64,000 nucleotides of DNA from an uncultured Clostridia bacterium (GTDB lineage: Bacteria; Bacillota; Clostridia; Christensenellales; UBA1242), in contig CANBAL010000001.1 in the NCBI GenBank assembly GCA_947366545.1, positions 50,168 to 114,167 on the forward strand, given 5' to 3'. Both the position numbers and the translations under genes were made by a program. This document shows positions 46,834-54,834 of the stretch, in pieces. How positions within the stretch are numbered: position 1 is the first letter of the stretch; the number at the start of each line of letters is the position of its first letter. A model generated the notes under the pieces. The model searched no databases. It had not been told where the DNA came from and saw only the letters and a program-made list of their open reading frames with translations.

Positions 46834-47703
46834 TTAATTATAATAAACTATTTCGTCATAATAAAAATGATAATCATCTGTCTTAGGTGCAAGACCTAAC
46901 TTCATTCCGCTTTTGTAAACTGCAGAAATGTCCTCAACCGAGTAGCTGTAACCCGTTGTCGATTGTACCCCTTCAACAAAGATAGTTATAGGCTCATTTT
47001 CATCAATGTATACTTCTATTGCATCTAGTTTATCAACAGAATTGAAAGTTAGGTTGTATCCGCTTAGTTTAATGTCCGTTATTTTTGATAGCGTATGCAC
47101 AACTTTAACACCCTTCAAAGTATTTGAAGGCTTGCTATGTTTAAGGTTTGCGTTATTTGAATGTGCAACTACAAAGATATCGCAAGTCCCTGTTTTAAGC
47201 TCTTGAAATGATATTTTATTAGAGGTTGCTATCGTCATGCTATCGCCCGCATACACCTCATAATAACTTGCCCCCTCAACCGCCTGCCAAGAAATAAACC
47301 CGTCTCCTAAACTAATCTGCGGAGAAGCTAAATATGCATAACTTTGCCAAGAAACTTCCTTACTATATTTACTGTTGTTTCCTTCCATTTCTCCTAAGTA
47401 ACATACGCTTATGTCATATTTTTCGCCAAGTTTTATCTTCTCATTTGTTCCAAGGTCGATTATATTTGTCTGACTGTCAATACTAAAACTTTGCCCATTA
47501 CTCGTGAATTTAAAACGATAACCTTTATAATCCTCATTAGCTTGCGTAAGTAAGTATACGCTTGTCCCGTCATCCAGCACCTCCACAGTTGGTGCTGACA
47601 CTAAATTGCGATTTGCAAGAAAACCTGTTATCAGTCCCCCGCATAACAGCAACCCCGCCACCGCACATAAAGTTATTAAGGTTATTTTCCCTTTCTTCTT
47701 CAT
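46834..47703 (-). CDS. Membrane-anchored protein with Fn3/Ig-like repeats, function unknown
   Basis: It has an N-terminal anchor, ITLITLCAVAGLLLCGGLITGF. ISWQAVEGASYYEVYAG is an Fn3-like W..v.gA..Y.vy motif. Confidence 0.5.
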   Translation of the reverse strand: MKKKGKITLITLCAVAGLLLCGGLITGFLANRNLVSAPTVEVLDDGTSVYLLTQANEDYKGYRFKFTSNGQSFSIDSQTNIIDLGTNEKIKLGEKYDISVCYLGEMEGNNSKYSKEVSWQSYAYLASPQISLGDGFISWQAVEGASYYEVYAGDSMTIATSNKISFQELKTGTCDIFVVAHSNNANLKHSKPSNTLKGVKVVHTLSKITDIKLSGYNLTFNSVDKLDAIEVYIDENEPITIFVEGVQSTTGYSYSVEDISAVYKSGMKLGLAPKTDDYHFYYDEIVYYN

Positions 47704-47711
47704 ACAATATT

Positions 47712-47741
47712 AGTATATATTTTTTAAACAATTCAAGTCAA
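47712..47741 (-). promoter_or_regulatory. Promoter placed for a leaderless or 1-nt-leader transcript (TTGACT-18-TATACT, 8 nt, ATG)
   Basis: The minus strand reads TTGACTtgaattgtttaaaaaataTATACTaatattgtATGAAG. No SD is present. Confidence 0.4.
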
Positions 47742-47839
47742 ACTATTTTTTAAACATATTTCTTAAAAACATTTTCAAAATAGATATTGACAAATAAGAT
47801 AAATAATGCTAAAATTGAAACATAAATTTGGAGGGAATA

Positions 47840-48469
47840 ATGGATTTTAACTATCTTACTATGACACAAAAAGTTGCATTACTGCTTGGTATTATATTCT
47901 CAGTTCTTGCAGTAGCTTCTACTTTCTTCGCTTTTAAAAATGCGGATAAAATTAAATCAAAGGTACTAGGGCTTATCTTATCACTCATCATGCCTTTCCT
48001 TGCAATGACATCTTGGATGATACTTATCTTCTCATTCCTTGACGGCTTTAAAAACGATGACATTATGGTGATATTTGTTTCACTAGCACTTGCAATCGTT
48101 ATCTGCCTTATGATTTTGGTTATCTCTAACGCACTTTACCGCAAACATGATAAAAACATGGGCGGGGAAGAAGTAGAGACAAAAGAAGAAAGCAAGGTAA
48201 TTGAAACTGAGCTTGCACAAGAAGAGGCTGCAACTTTGGAAGAAACAGAAGAAAGTGAAACTGAGGAAACTGTAGTAAACGAAGAAGAAACAGAGTCTGC
48301 TACAGAAATGACTGATAAAAATGGGGAAGAAATACCTGAAGAAGTTGAAGAAGGAATGGTAACACTTGATGGAGATGATCTCCTTATGCCAAATCCAGAC
48401 TCGACAGCATGGCAGGAAATCGAAGAGCCTGCCGCCGACGACACTGATGCAAATGGTGACGCTGAATAA
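47840..48469 (+). CDS. Multi-pass membrane protein with highly acidic (Glu/Thr-rich) C-terminal tail
   Basis: I chose the ATG at 47840, 4 nt after GGAGGG. It has four hydrophobic helices, followed by EEVETKEESKVIETELAQEEAATLEETEESETEETVVNEEETES. Confidence 0.55.
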   Translation: MDFNYLTMTQKVALLLGIIFSVLAVASTFFAFKNADKIKSKVLGLILSLIMPFLAMTSWMILIFSFLDGFKNDDIMVIFVSLALAIVICLMILVISNALYRKHDKNMGGEEVETKEESKVIETELAQEEAATLEETEESETEETVVNEEETESATEMTDKNGEEIPEEVEEGMVTLDGDDLLMPNPDSTAWQEIEEPAADDTDANGDAE

Positions 48470-48482
48470 TTAAATAAAGACA

Positions 48483-48514
48483 AAAAACTTTGGCTTAGCC
48501 AAAGTTTTTTTTAT
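48483..48514. terminator. Bidirectional terminator
   Basis: AAAAAACTTTGGC-tta-GCCAAAGTTTTTTTT lies between convergent genes. Confidence 0.7.
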
Positions 48515-50895
48515 TACCTTACTATAATGTTGACAAGGCGATTTGGAACAACAATTTCCTTTACTATTGTTTTGCCTTGTAAAAGTTCCTGCACTTTAGT
48601 ATCAGTTTTTGCACGATTAAGCACCTTTGTATTATCCGCATTCGCCTCTACTACCACTCTGGAAATTATTTTGCTGTTGACTTGCACAACAAGTTCGACT
48701 TCGTCATCTTTTGTTTTTTCTTCATCGTAGGTTGGCCATGGCTCATATGCTATGGTCTTTTTGTTTCCGAACACCTTTTCCCATATTTCTTCCGTCATAA
48801 ATGGAACAACAGGATTTAAAAGTTTCACAAAGCCGATAGCGTACTCCTTAGGGAAAACATCCTCTTTCATTACCGCATTAGTAAATATCATCATCTGGCT
48901 TATTGCAGTATTGAAATCAAGGTTTTCATAATCCGTGGTAACCTTCTTCACCGTTTGATGATAAACCTTTTCAAGATTTTTATTTTCTTGATCTTTAATT
49001 TTACCGCTTTCAGTAAATATGCGCCATACCCTATCAAGGTACTTTTTTATTCCTTCAATACCTGTGGTGTTCCATGGCTTAGAATCCTCTAACGCACCCA
49101 TGAACATTTCATACATTCTAAGTGCATCAGCGCCGTAATCTCTTACAAGGTCATCTGGATTCACAACATTTCCGCGACTTTTACTCATTTTCTCACTATT
49201 TTCACCAAGTATCATGCCTTGATGGAAAAGTTTTTTAAATGGCTCTTTTACTGGGACTATTCCTTTATCATAGAAATAGTTATTTAAAAATCTTGAATAG
49301 AGAAGATGCCCTACTGCATGCTCATAGCCACCAATATAAAGGTCAACCGGCATCCAATGTTTGATAAGTTCTGGATCTGCCATTGCCTTATCATTATTAG
49401 GGTCAAGGTATCTTAGATAATACCAACTGCTTCCCGCAGACCCTGGCATTGTGTTTGTATCGCGTTTACCTTTTTTGCCATTAACTATAACATTTGTCCA
49501 CTCTTTAGCATTATCAAGTGGTGGCAAACCATTTTTACCTTTATAGTCACTCATTTCAGGAAGAGTAAGTGGCAATTTTTCCACAAGTTTCACGCTGCCG
49601 TCTTCCATATGGATGGCTGGAATAGGCTCACCCCAATAGCGCTGACGAGAGAATGTCCAGTCGCGGAGTTTATATATAGTTGTGCCATAGCCCTTCTTAT
49701 TTTCTTTCAGCCATTCAATCATTTTTGCGATTGCTTGTTTATTATCAAGTCCATTCAAAAAGCCCGAATTAATATGCTTGCCATTTCCAGTAAAGCATTT
49801 ATCTTCCGTTGTTCCCTCAATAATAGGATAGATAGGAAGGTTATGTTTTTTTGCAAACTCAAAGTCGCGTTCATCATGTGCTGGCACCGCCATAACCGAC
49901 CCAGTAGCGTAAGAAGCAAGCACATAATCGCCAATATATATTGGCACCTTTCTGCCATCAACTGGGTTTATCGCATATGAGCCAGTAAACACACCTGTTT
50001 TTTCTTTGTTAAGGCTGGTACGCTCTAAATCGCTTTTCTTTGCACACTCTGCAATATATTTTTCAACAACATCTTTTTGATTACTAGTTGTGATATCTTT
50101 TACCAAAGAATGCTCTGGCGCAAGCACGCAGTATGAAAGTCCAAACAAAGTGTCTGCCCTTGTTGTATACACTTCAAAGGTCTTATCACTGTCAACAATT
50201 TCAAATTTAATAACAGCACCTTGACTTTTACCAATCCAGTTTCTTTGAATTTCCTTAGTGCTGTTTGGCCAGTCTACCTCGTTCAAGCCTTCTAGCAGTC
50301 TTTCTGCGTATTTAGGAGTATCAATAACCCATTGCTTCATTTTGCGTTTTACAACTGGGTACCCGCCACGCTCACTCTTACCGTCTATAATTTCATCGTT
50401 TGCAAGCACGGTGCCTAAACCCTCACACCAGTTTACTGAAGTTTCAGTATACTTTGCAAGTCCGTCTTTATATAACTCTTCAAACCACCACTGCGTCCAT
50501 TTATAAAACTTAGGGTCGGCAGTAGAAATCGCTCTATCCCAGTCAAAAGAAAAGCCCAGCATTTTAAGTTGTCTAATATAATTTGCAATATTTTTTTCAG
50601 TAAAACCACCTGGGTGATTTCCTGTTTTTATAGCATACTGCTCTGCTGGAAGTCCAAACGCGTCAAATCCCATAGGGTGAAGCACATTGTACCCTTGCAT
50701 TCTCTTCATTCTTGCAACAATATCTGTTGCAGTATACCCCTCTGGATGGCCTACATGTAGCCCCTGCCCAGATGGATATGGAAACATATCAAGTACATAA
50801 TATTTAGGCTTAGAAAAATCCCAAACATCAGTTTTAAAAGTGCCTTCCTTGTCCCAACGCTCCTGCCATTTCTTTTCTATGCTCGTAAAGTCCAT
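48514..50895 (-). CDS. leuS: Leucyl-tRNA synthetase
   Basis: It has the HIGH-type motif [16 protein letters not shown], the KMSKS motif, the CP1 editing domain, and a 793-aa full-length layout. Confidence 0.97.
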   Translation of the reverse strand: MDFTSIEKKWQERWDKEGTFKTDVWDFSKPKYYVLDMFPYPSGQGLHVGHPEGYTATDIVARMKRMQGYNVLHPMGFDAFGLPAEQYAIKTGNHPGGFTEKNIANYIRQLKMLGFSFDWDRAISTADPKFYKWTQWWFEELYKDGLAKYTETSVNWCEGLGTVLANDEIIDGKSERGGYPVVKRKMKQWVIDTPKYAERLLEGLNEVDWPNSTKEIQRNWIGKSQGAVIKFEIVDSDKTFEVYTTRADTLFGLSYCVLAPEHSLVKDITTSNQKDVVEKYIAECAKKSDLERTSLNKEKTGVFTGSYAINPVDGRKVPIYIGDYVLASYATGSVMAVPAHDERDFEFAKKHNLPIYPIIEGTTEDKCFTGNGKHINSGFLNGLDNKQAIAKMIEWLKENKKGYGTTIYKLRDWTFSRQRYWGEPIPAIHMEDGSVKLVEKLPLTLPEMSDYKGKNGLPPLDNAKEWTNVIVNGKKGKRDTNTMPGSAGSSWYYLRYLDPNNDKAMADPELIKHWMPVDLYIGGYEHAVGHLLYSRFLNNYFYDKGIVPVKEPFKKLFHQGMILGENSEKMSKSRGNVVNPDDLVRDYGADALRMYEMFMGALEDSKPWNTTGIEGIKKYLDRVWRIFTESGKIKDQENKNLEKVYHQTVKKVTTDYENLDFNTAISQMMIFTNAVMKEDVFPKEYAIGFVKLLNPVVPFMTEEIWEKVFGNKKTIAYEPWPTYDEEKTKDDEVELVVQVNSKIISRVVVEANADNTKVLNRAKTDTKVQELLQGKTIVKEIVVPNRLVNIIVR

Positions 50896-50918
50896 TTTTT
50901 CTCCTTAAAATATATCTT

Positions 50919-50947
50919 AATATATCAAAATGACAAAAAAAAGTCAA
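50919..50947 (-). promoter_or_regulatory. Sigma-A-type promoter for leuS (TTGACT-17-TATATT), leaving only a short SD-containing leader
   Basis: The minus strand reads TTGACTtttttttgtcattttgaTATATTaagatatattttAAGGAGaaaaaATG. Confidence 0.5.
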
Positions 50948-50976
50948 AACAAATTGTGAAATGTTTTGTAAAATGG

Positions 50977-51005
50977 TTGACATATGGTTATAAGATATGT
51001 ATAAT
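50977..51005 (+). promoter_or_regulatory. Consensus sigma-A promoter for the rplJ-rplL operon (TTGACA-17-TATAAT)
   Basis: TTGACAtatggttataagatatgTATAAT, divergent from the leuS promoter. Confidence 0.65.
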
Positions 51006-51203
51006 AGCATTATTAAAATAAAGTCTTGTCCATAGACAGCAAGTGCGAACAGCGTAAACACATAAAGTGTGCTTGCCGAGGAAGATGGTTTAGTTTGATT
51101 TTTCTATCTCTATGCCCCTTCCCGCACGGGCGTAGAGATTTTTGTTTTAATAACACAAAATTCTGTAACAAACCTAGGTTTGCGAAAAAAAGGAGAAAAG
51201 GAC
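51006..51203 (+). promoter_or_regulatory. Ribosomal protein L10 (rplJ) leader with intrinsic attenuator
   Basis: An untranslated leader of about 190 nt lies between a consensus promoter and rplJ. It is more GC-rich than its surroundings and ends in a strong terminator hairpin just upstream of the SD. This is the arrangement described for the Firmicute L10 leader autoregulatory RNA. Confidence 0.55.
51107..51148 (+). terminator. Attenuator terminator inside the rplJ leader
   Basis: TCTCTATGCCC-cttcccgcac-GGGCGTAGAGA (11 bp with one G-U pair) is followed by TTTTTGTTTT. Confidence 0.6.
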
Positions 51204-51722
51204 ATGAGTGCTAATTTAGAAGCAAAAAAACTTATCGTTGATGAAATCAAAGACAAGCTCTCAAGAGCAAAATCTGTTGCCTTCGTTGACTATAAGGGAC
51301 TTACTGTTGCTGAAGACAATGCTATGCGCCGCGAGTTCAAAAAGAACGGCAGTGAATACAAAGTCTACAAAAACAGATTAATGCTCCTTGCACTTAACGA
51401 ACTTGGTATCCAAGGTGCTGAAGAATATCTTCAAGGCACAAGTGCGGTTGCTTTTAGTTATGATGATGAAGTTGCTGGCGCAAAAGTTGTTTGCGAAACG
51501 GCTGAAAAAACAAAAAAATTGACCGTTAAATTTGGTTTACTTAATGGAAACTTCGTTGAAGGCAAGGAAATTGAACATTTGGCAAAACTTCCAAGCAAAG
51601 AAGTTCTTATTGCCAAATTACTTGGTACTCTCAATGGGCCTGCTAGTGCTCTTTGCAGAGTTCTTAATGCCCCTACACAAGGGCTTGCTATCGCATTAAA
51701 TGCAATAGCTACAAAAAACTAA
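51204..51722 (+). CDS. rplJ: 50S ribosomal protein L10
   Basis: MSANLEAKKLIVDEIKDKLSRAKSVAFVDYKGLTVAEDNAMRREF. The ATG at 51204 follows AAAGGAGAAAAGGAC. Confidence 0.95.
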   Translation: MSANLEAKKLIVDEIKDKLSRAKSVAFVDYKGLTVAEDNAMRREFKKNGSEYKVYKNRLMLLALNELGIQGAEEYLQGTSAVAFSYDDEVAGAKVVCETAEKTKKLTVKFGLLNGNFVEGKEIEHLAKLPSKEVLIAKLLGTLNGPASALCRVLNAPTQGLAIALNAIATKN

Positions 51723-51744
51723 TTAAAATTGGAGGAATTTAAAA

Positions 51745-52122
51745 ATGGCTAATATTACAAATCTTGTAGAAGAAATCAAAAAATTAACTATCGTTGAAGT
51801 TGCTGACCTTGTTAAAGCACTTGAAGACGAATTTGGCGTTAGTGCTGCTGCTCCTGTAGCAGTTGCTGCTGCCCCAGTTGCTGGCGCTGCTGCTCCAGCT
51901 GCTGAAGAAAAAACAGAATTCACTGTTGCTCTTAAAGAAATCGGAGCCAACAAAATCGCTGTTATCAAAGTGGTAAGAGAAATCACTGGTCTTGGACTTA
52001 GCGAAGCTAAAGCTTTAGTTGACGCTTGCCCAAGCACAATTAAAGAAAATGTTGCTACTGCTGAAGCTAAAGAAATGGAAGCAAAACTTAAAGAAGCTGG
52101 CGCAACTGTAGAACTTAAGTAA
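51745..52122 (+). CDS. rplL: 50S ribosomal protein L7/L12
   Basis: An Ala-rich hinge plus the C-terminal domain [24 protein letters not shown]. Confidence 0.95.
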   Translation: MANITNLVEEIKKLTIVEVADLVKALEDEFGVSAAAPVAVAAAPVAGAAAPAAEEKTEFTVALKEIGANKIAVIKVVREITGLGLSEAKALVDACPSTIKENVATAEAKEMEAKLKEAGATVELK

Positions 52123-52156
52123 TCGAATAAAAAATATATAAAGAATTTTGTGTTTC

Positions 52157-52187
52157 AAAAAAACGGACTTAGAGTCCGTTTTTTTGT
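52157..52187 (+). terminator. Terminator after rplL
   Basis: AAACGGACT-tag-AGTCCGTTT is followed by TTTTTGTT. Confidence 0.75.
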
Positions 52188-52194
52188 TGCCCCC

Positions 52195-52223
52195 TTGACA
52201 AATTTCCTTCTGTGTGGTATTCT
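52195..52223 (+). promoter_or_regulatory. Sigma-A-type promoter with extended -10 (TTGACA-17-TGgTATTCT)
   Basis: TTGACAaatttccttctgtgTGgTATTCT lies 20 nt upstream of the SD and ATG at 52243. Confidence 0.45.
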
Positions 52224-52242
52224 ATGAGTATAGGAGGAACTT

Positions 52243-52629
52243 ATGAAAGATAAACTACTTAACGATGCATTATCAAAAAGACTTGTCGAACTTAAAATGT
52301 CAGACTTTTATAGAAACATTGAACAATGGGATGACTGGGGAACAAGGTCTTTTTCCACACCTATTAGAAGACAATACAGAAAAGATTCTCGCCTTATCAA
52401 AAAACTTGTAAAAGAAATTGAGAAAGAATATAACGAAATCTTCGCCTTGGTCTATACAAGGGATGATTTGGAATTAAGTCAAAAACAGATTAACTCGCTT
52501 TTGCGTAGAGTAGAAATATTAGGCAAAAAAATCAAAGCCACGAAAGACTATATCTCATTCGCATCATTTAGATGTGACCCAGACAATAGCAAAGTTACAA
52601 AAGATAAGAAAGAAAAAGAAAATGAATAG
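52243..52629 (+). CDS. Hypothetical helical, Lys-rich cytoplasmic protein
   Basis: It has an SD (TAGGAGGAACTT-ATG), its own promoter and a terminator. I recognise no family. Confidence 0.5.
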   Translation: MKDKLLNDALSKRLVELKMSDFYRNIEQWDDWGTRSFSTPIRRQYRKDSRLIKKLVKEIEKEYNEIFALVYTRDDLELSQKQINSLLRRVEILGKKIKATKDYISFASFRCDPDNSKVTKDKKEKENE

Positions 52630-52649
52630 CGCAATGCTATTCATTTTTT
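52621..52649. terminator. Bidirectional terminator
   Basis: AATGAATAGC-gcaat-GCTATTCATT followed by TTTTT. It includes the TAG stop of the + strand gene. Confidence 0.65.
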
Positions 52650-52890
52650 AATCTTTTTGATTCTTTCTTGCTGAGCGGGCTGGATTCAACTCAATTATTC
52701 CGCGTGAGATTATCGCAGAAAGTATGAGCCATAGCACGCTGAGCAGTACAAGGACATAGATTACTATCGCCCCAGCATTAAATCCCCCAAAGATTGCCTC
52801 AACTAAGTTCCATCGGAAAATTCCAACAAGTCCCCAGTTTATGCCACCTATTGCAAGGATGATAAATGCAATTATATTTGCTATTGCCAT
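52648..52890 (-). CDS. DUF378 small membrane protein
   Basis: IGGINWGLVGIFRWNLVEAIFGG is the DUF378 signature. Confidence 0.7.
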   Translation of the reverse strand: MAIANIIAFIILAIGGINWGLVGIFRWNLVEAIFGGFNAGAIVIYVLVLLSVLWLILSAIISRGIIELNPARSARKNQKD

Positions 52891-52945
52891 TTTACACCTA
52901 CCTTTCGATAGTTATTATGGCTAATTATCAATTATTTATACAGGG

Positions 52946-54337
52946 CTATTTCCTTACTATTTCATACCCCTCTTTACTATCTTTAACTAGGTAGCCTTTT
53001 TCTTCAAGCTCTTTCCGCTTTTCGTCGGCTTTAGCATAGTCTCTATTTTGCTTTGCCTGCCAGCGCTCTAAAGCAAGTAATTTGATTTCCTCTGGCACCG
53101 CGTCTTTTTGCTCGTGTATATCACTATCAAATTTTAAGCCCATTATATCAATAAGTACGCGGTTTATCACATAGCGTAATTCTGGCAGTTTTTCAAGTGG
53201 CATTTTTATTAACTTTAATATTTCTGCCACTACTACTGGAGTGTTGAAATCATCATCCATGGCTTTAAGGCAGTTATCATAGATGTCTTTTATCTCACCC
53301 GTTGGTGCTTTCTCTTCACCGCTTCCTACCTTATTTACAAACTCTGTGATTTTTTCTAGTTGTTTTTTTGCCAGCAACATTCCTTGCTCATTAAAGTCTA
53401 CCTTGCTTCTGTAAGCGAATTGTAAAATGAAATATCTTACCGTCATGGCACCATACTCATCAAACAAAGAGGAAAGTGTCATAGAATTACCAAGCGATTT
53501 GCCCATTTTCTTGCCATTTACAGTAACAAGATTATTGTGCATAAAATAATTCATAGGCACGCTTCCCGTCAAAATGTCGCCCTGAGCACACTCACATTCA
53601 TGATGAGGGAAAAGGTTATCTATTCCGCCGCCATGTATATCAAAGCGTTCTCCTAAAAACTTACGAGAAAGCACTGAGCATTCGATATGCCATCCTGGGC
53701 AGCCTATTCCCCATGGACTAGGCCATTTCATTAAAGTCTTTTCATCAACCGCCTTCCACAAAGCAAAATCCTCTGCGTGGTGTTTATCAGTGGCAACCTC
53801 AATACGCTCACCACTTAAGTTCTCATCCAGCCTTCTATTTGATAGTTGGCCATATTTTGTATATTTGTGGACATCAAAGTAAACATTCCCTTCCTTTGTG
53901 ACATAGCCATAACCTCGGTCAATTATCTCTTTTACAGCCTCAATTATCTCCATAATAAAGCCAGTAGCACGAGGGCTTATACTTGGACGAAGAACATTTA
54001 ATTCATCCATGGCTTTAAAGTATTCACACTCATATTTATACGCAATCTCATAAGGATCAAGCATTTCAAGTCTTGCTTGCTTTGAGATTTTATCTTCACC
54101 TTCATCGCCGTCACCAACAAGGTGTCCTACATCCGTGATATTTTGTACATATTTGACTTTATATCCAAGAAATTTCAAATATCTATGAATGATATCAAAA
54201 CTTATATAACTTTTTGCATGACCAAGGTGTGGCGGCCCATACACGGTAGGCCCACACACATACATGCCAACTCGGCCTTCAGTGATAGGCTTAAACTCTT
54301 CCTTTCTCCTTGTTATTGTGTTATATACTCTTAACAT
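52946..54337 (-). CDS. cysS: Cysteinyl-tRNA synthetase
   Basis: It has CGPTVYGPPHLGHAKSY (HIGH) and KMGKSLGN (KMSKS), in a 463-aa full-length protein. Confidence 0.95.
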   Translation of the reverse strand: MLRVYNTITRRKEEFKPITEGRVGMYVCGPTVYGPPHLGHAKSYISFDIIHRYLKFLGYKVKYVQNITDVGHLVGDGDEGEDKISKQARLEMLDPYEIAYKYECEYFKAMDELNVLRPSISPRATGFIMEIIEAVKEIIDRGYGYVTKEGNVYFDVHKYTKYGQLSNRRLDENLSGERIEVATDKHHAEDFALWKAVDEKTLMKWPSPWGIGCPGWHIECSVLSRKFLGERFDIHGGGIDNLFPHHECECAQGDILTGSVPMNYFMHNNLVTVNGKKMGKSLGNSMTLSSLFDEYGAMTVRYFILQFAYRSKVDFNEQGMLLAKKQLEKITEFVNKVGSGEEKAPTGEIKDIYDNCLKAMDDDFNTPVVVAEILKLIKMPLEKLPELRYVINRVLIDIMGLKFDSDIHEQKDAVPEEIKLLALERWQAKQNRDYAKADEKRKELEEKGYLVKDSKEGYEIVRK

Positions 54338-54355
54338 TAAAAACCTCTTAAATGA

Positions 54356-54739
54356 TTATATTCTTTTATTCAAAAAGTTGGTGAGTACCTCGAGCGCCCT
54401 ATCCACCTCGGGATTTGAGCCGCCCAAGCTCTTCTCAACCTCACTTTCACAGGCTTCAAGTTCAGCCTTCCCCTTTTCAGTAAGATGTAAAACACGACAG
54501 CGTCTATCTATCTCAGCAGGGCCGATTGTAATAAGCCCCTCCTTCTCAAGTTCGCCGCTCATAAGTGCAAAATTTGACTTCTTTATCCCTATTTTTTCTA
54601 TTATCATGGATACTGAAAGATTTTCGTATACACTTGCGAAAAATAAAATTTTCAGTTTGAGTAAACTGAGATTCTTATGCTGTTTCATTAGGTTTTCGGC
54701 CAGTGCCTCTAGTTCGAATAGTTTTCTTGCTCTTTCCAT
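54356..54739 (-). CDS. MarR-family transcriptional regulator
   Basis: The winged-helix core is LSVSMIIEKIGIKKSNFALMSGELEKEGLITIGPAEIDRRCRVLHLTEKG. I chose the start at 54739 because a TTGCAA-17-TATACT promoter (54761..54789) would otherwise fall inside the ORF-track extension. Confidence 0.75.
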   Translation of the reverse strand: MERARKLFELEALAENLMKQHKNLSLLKLKILFFASVYENLSVSMIIEKIGIKKSNFALMSGELEKEGLITIGPAEIDRRCRVLHLTEKGKAELEACESEVEKSLGGSNPEVDRALEVLTNFLNKRI

Positions 54740-54760
54740 ATTTCTTCTCTTGCTTAATTT

Positions 54761-54789
54761 AGTATACTTGAAAAATATTTTTGTTGCAA
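54761..54789 (-). promoter_or_regulatory. Sigma-A-type promoter for marR-cysS (TTGCAA-17-TATACT)
   Basis: The minus strand reads TTGCAAcaaaaatatttttcaagTATACTaaattaagcaagagaagaaatATG. It is back-to-back with the recD2 promoter. Confidence 0.45.
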
Positions 54790-54799
54790 GCGTTTTTAC

Positions 54800-54828
54800 T
54801 TGATTTTGCCTCCTAAACATATTAAAAT
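54800..54828 (+). promoter_or_regulatory. Promoter placed for a leaderless recD2 transcript (TTGATT-17-TAAAAT, 6 nt, ATG)
   Basis: TTGATTttgcctcctaaacatatTAAAATgtttttATGCGT. No SD is present. Confidence 0.45.
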
Positions 54829-54834
54829 GTTTTT

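Noticed and set aside
50896-51170. A T-box riboswitch upstream of leuS
   Set aside because: The structured GC-rich RNA in this intergenic region is on the + strand, downstream of the rplJ promoter, and ends in a + strand terminator, so it is the L10 leader. The minus-strand leuS leader is only about 20 nt.
51723-52037. A 104-aa minus-strand Ala-rich ORF
   Set aside because: It is the antisense shadow of rplL, whose Ala-rich hinge (GCT/GCA codons) keeps the complement open.
54264-54803. A 179-aa + strand ORF spanning the cysS start and marR
   Set aside because: It is antisense to two well-supported genes, has a Ser/Phe/Leu-rich translation, and lacks an SD.
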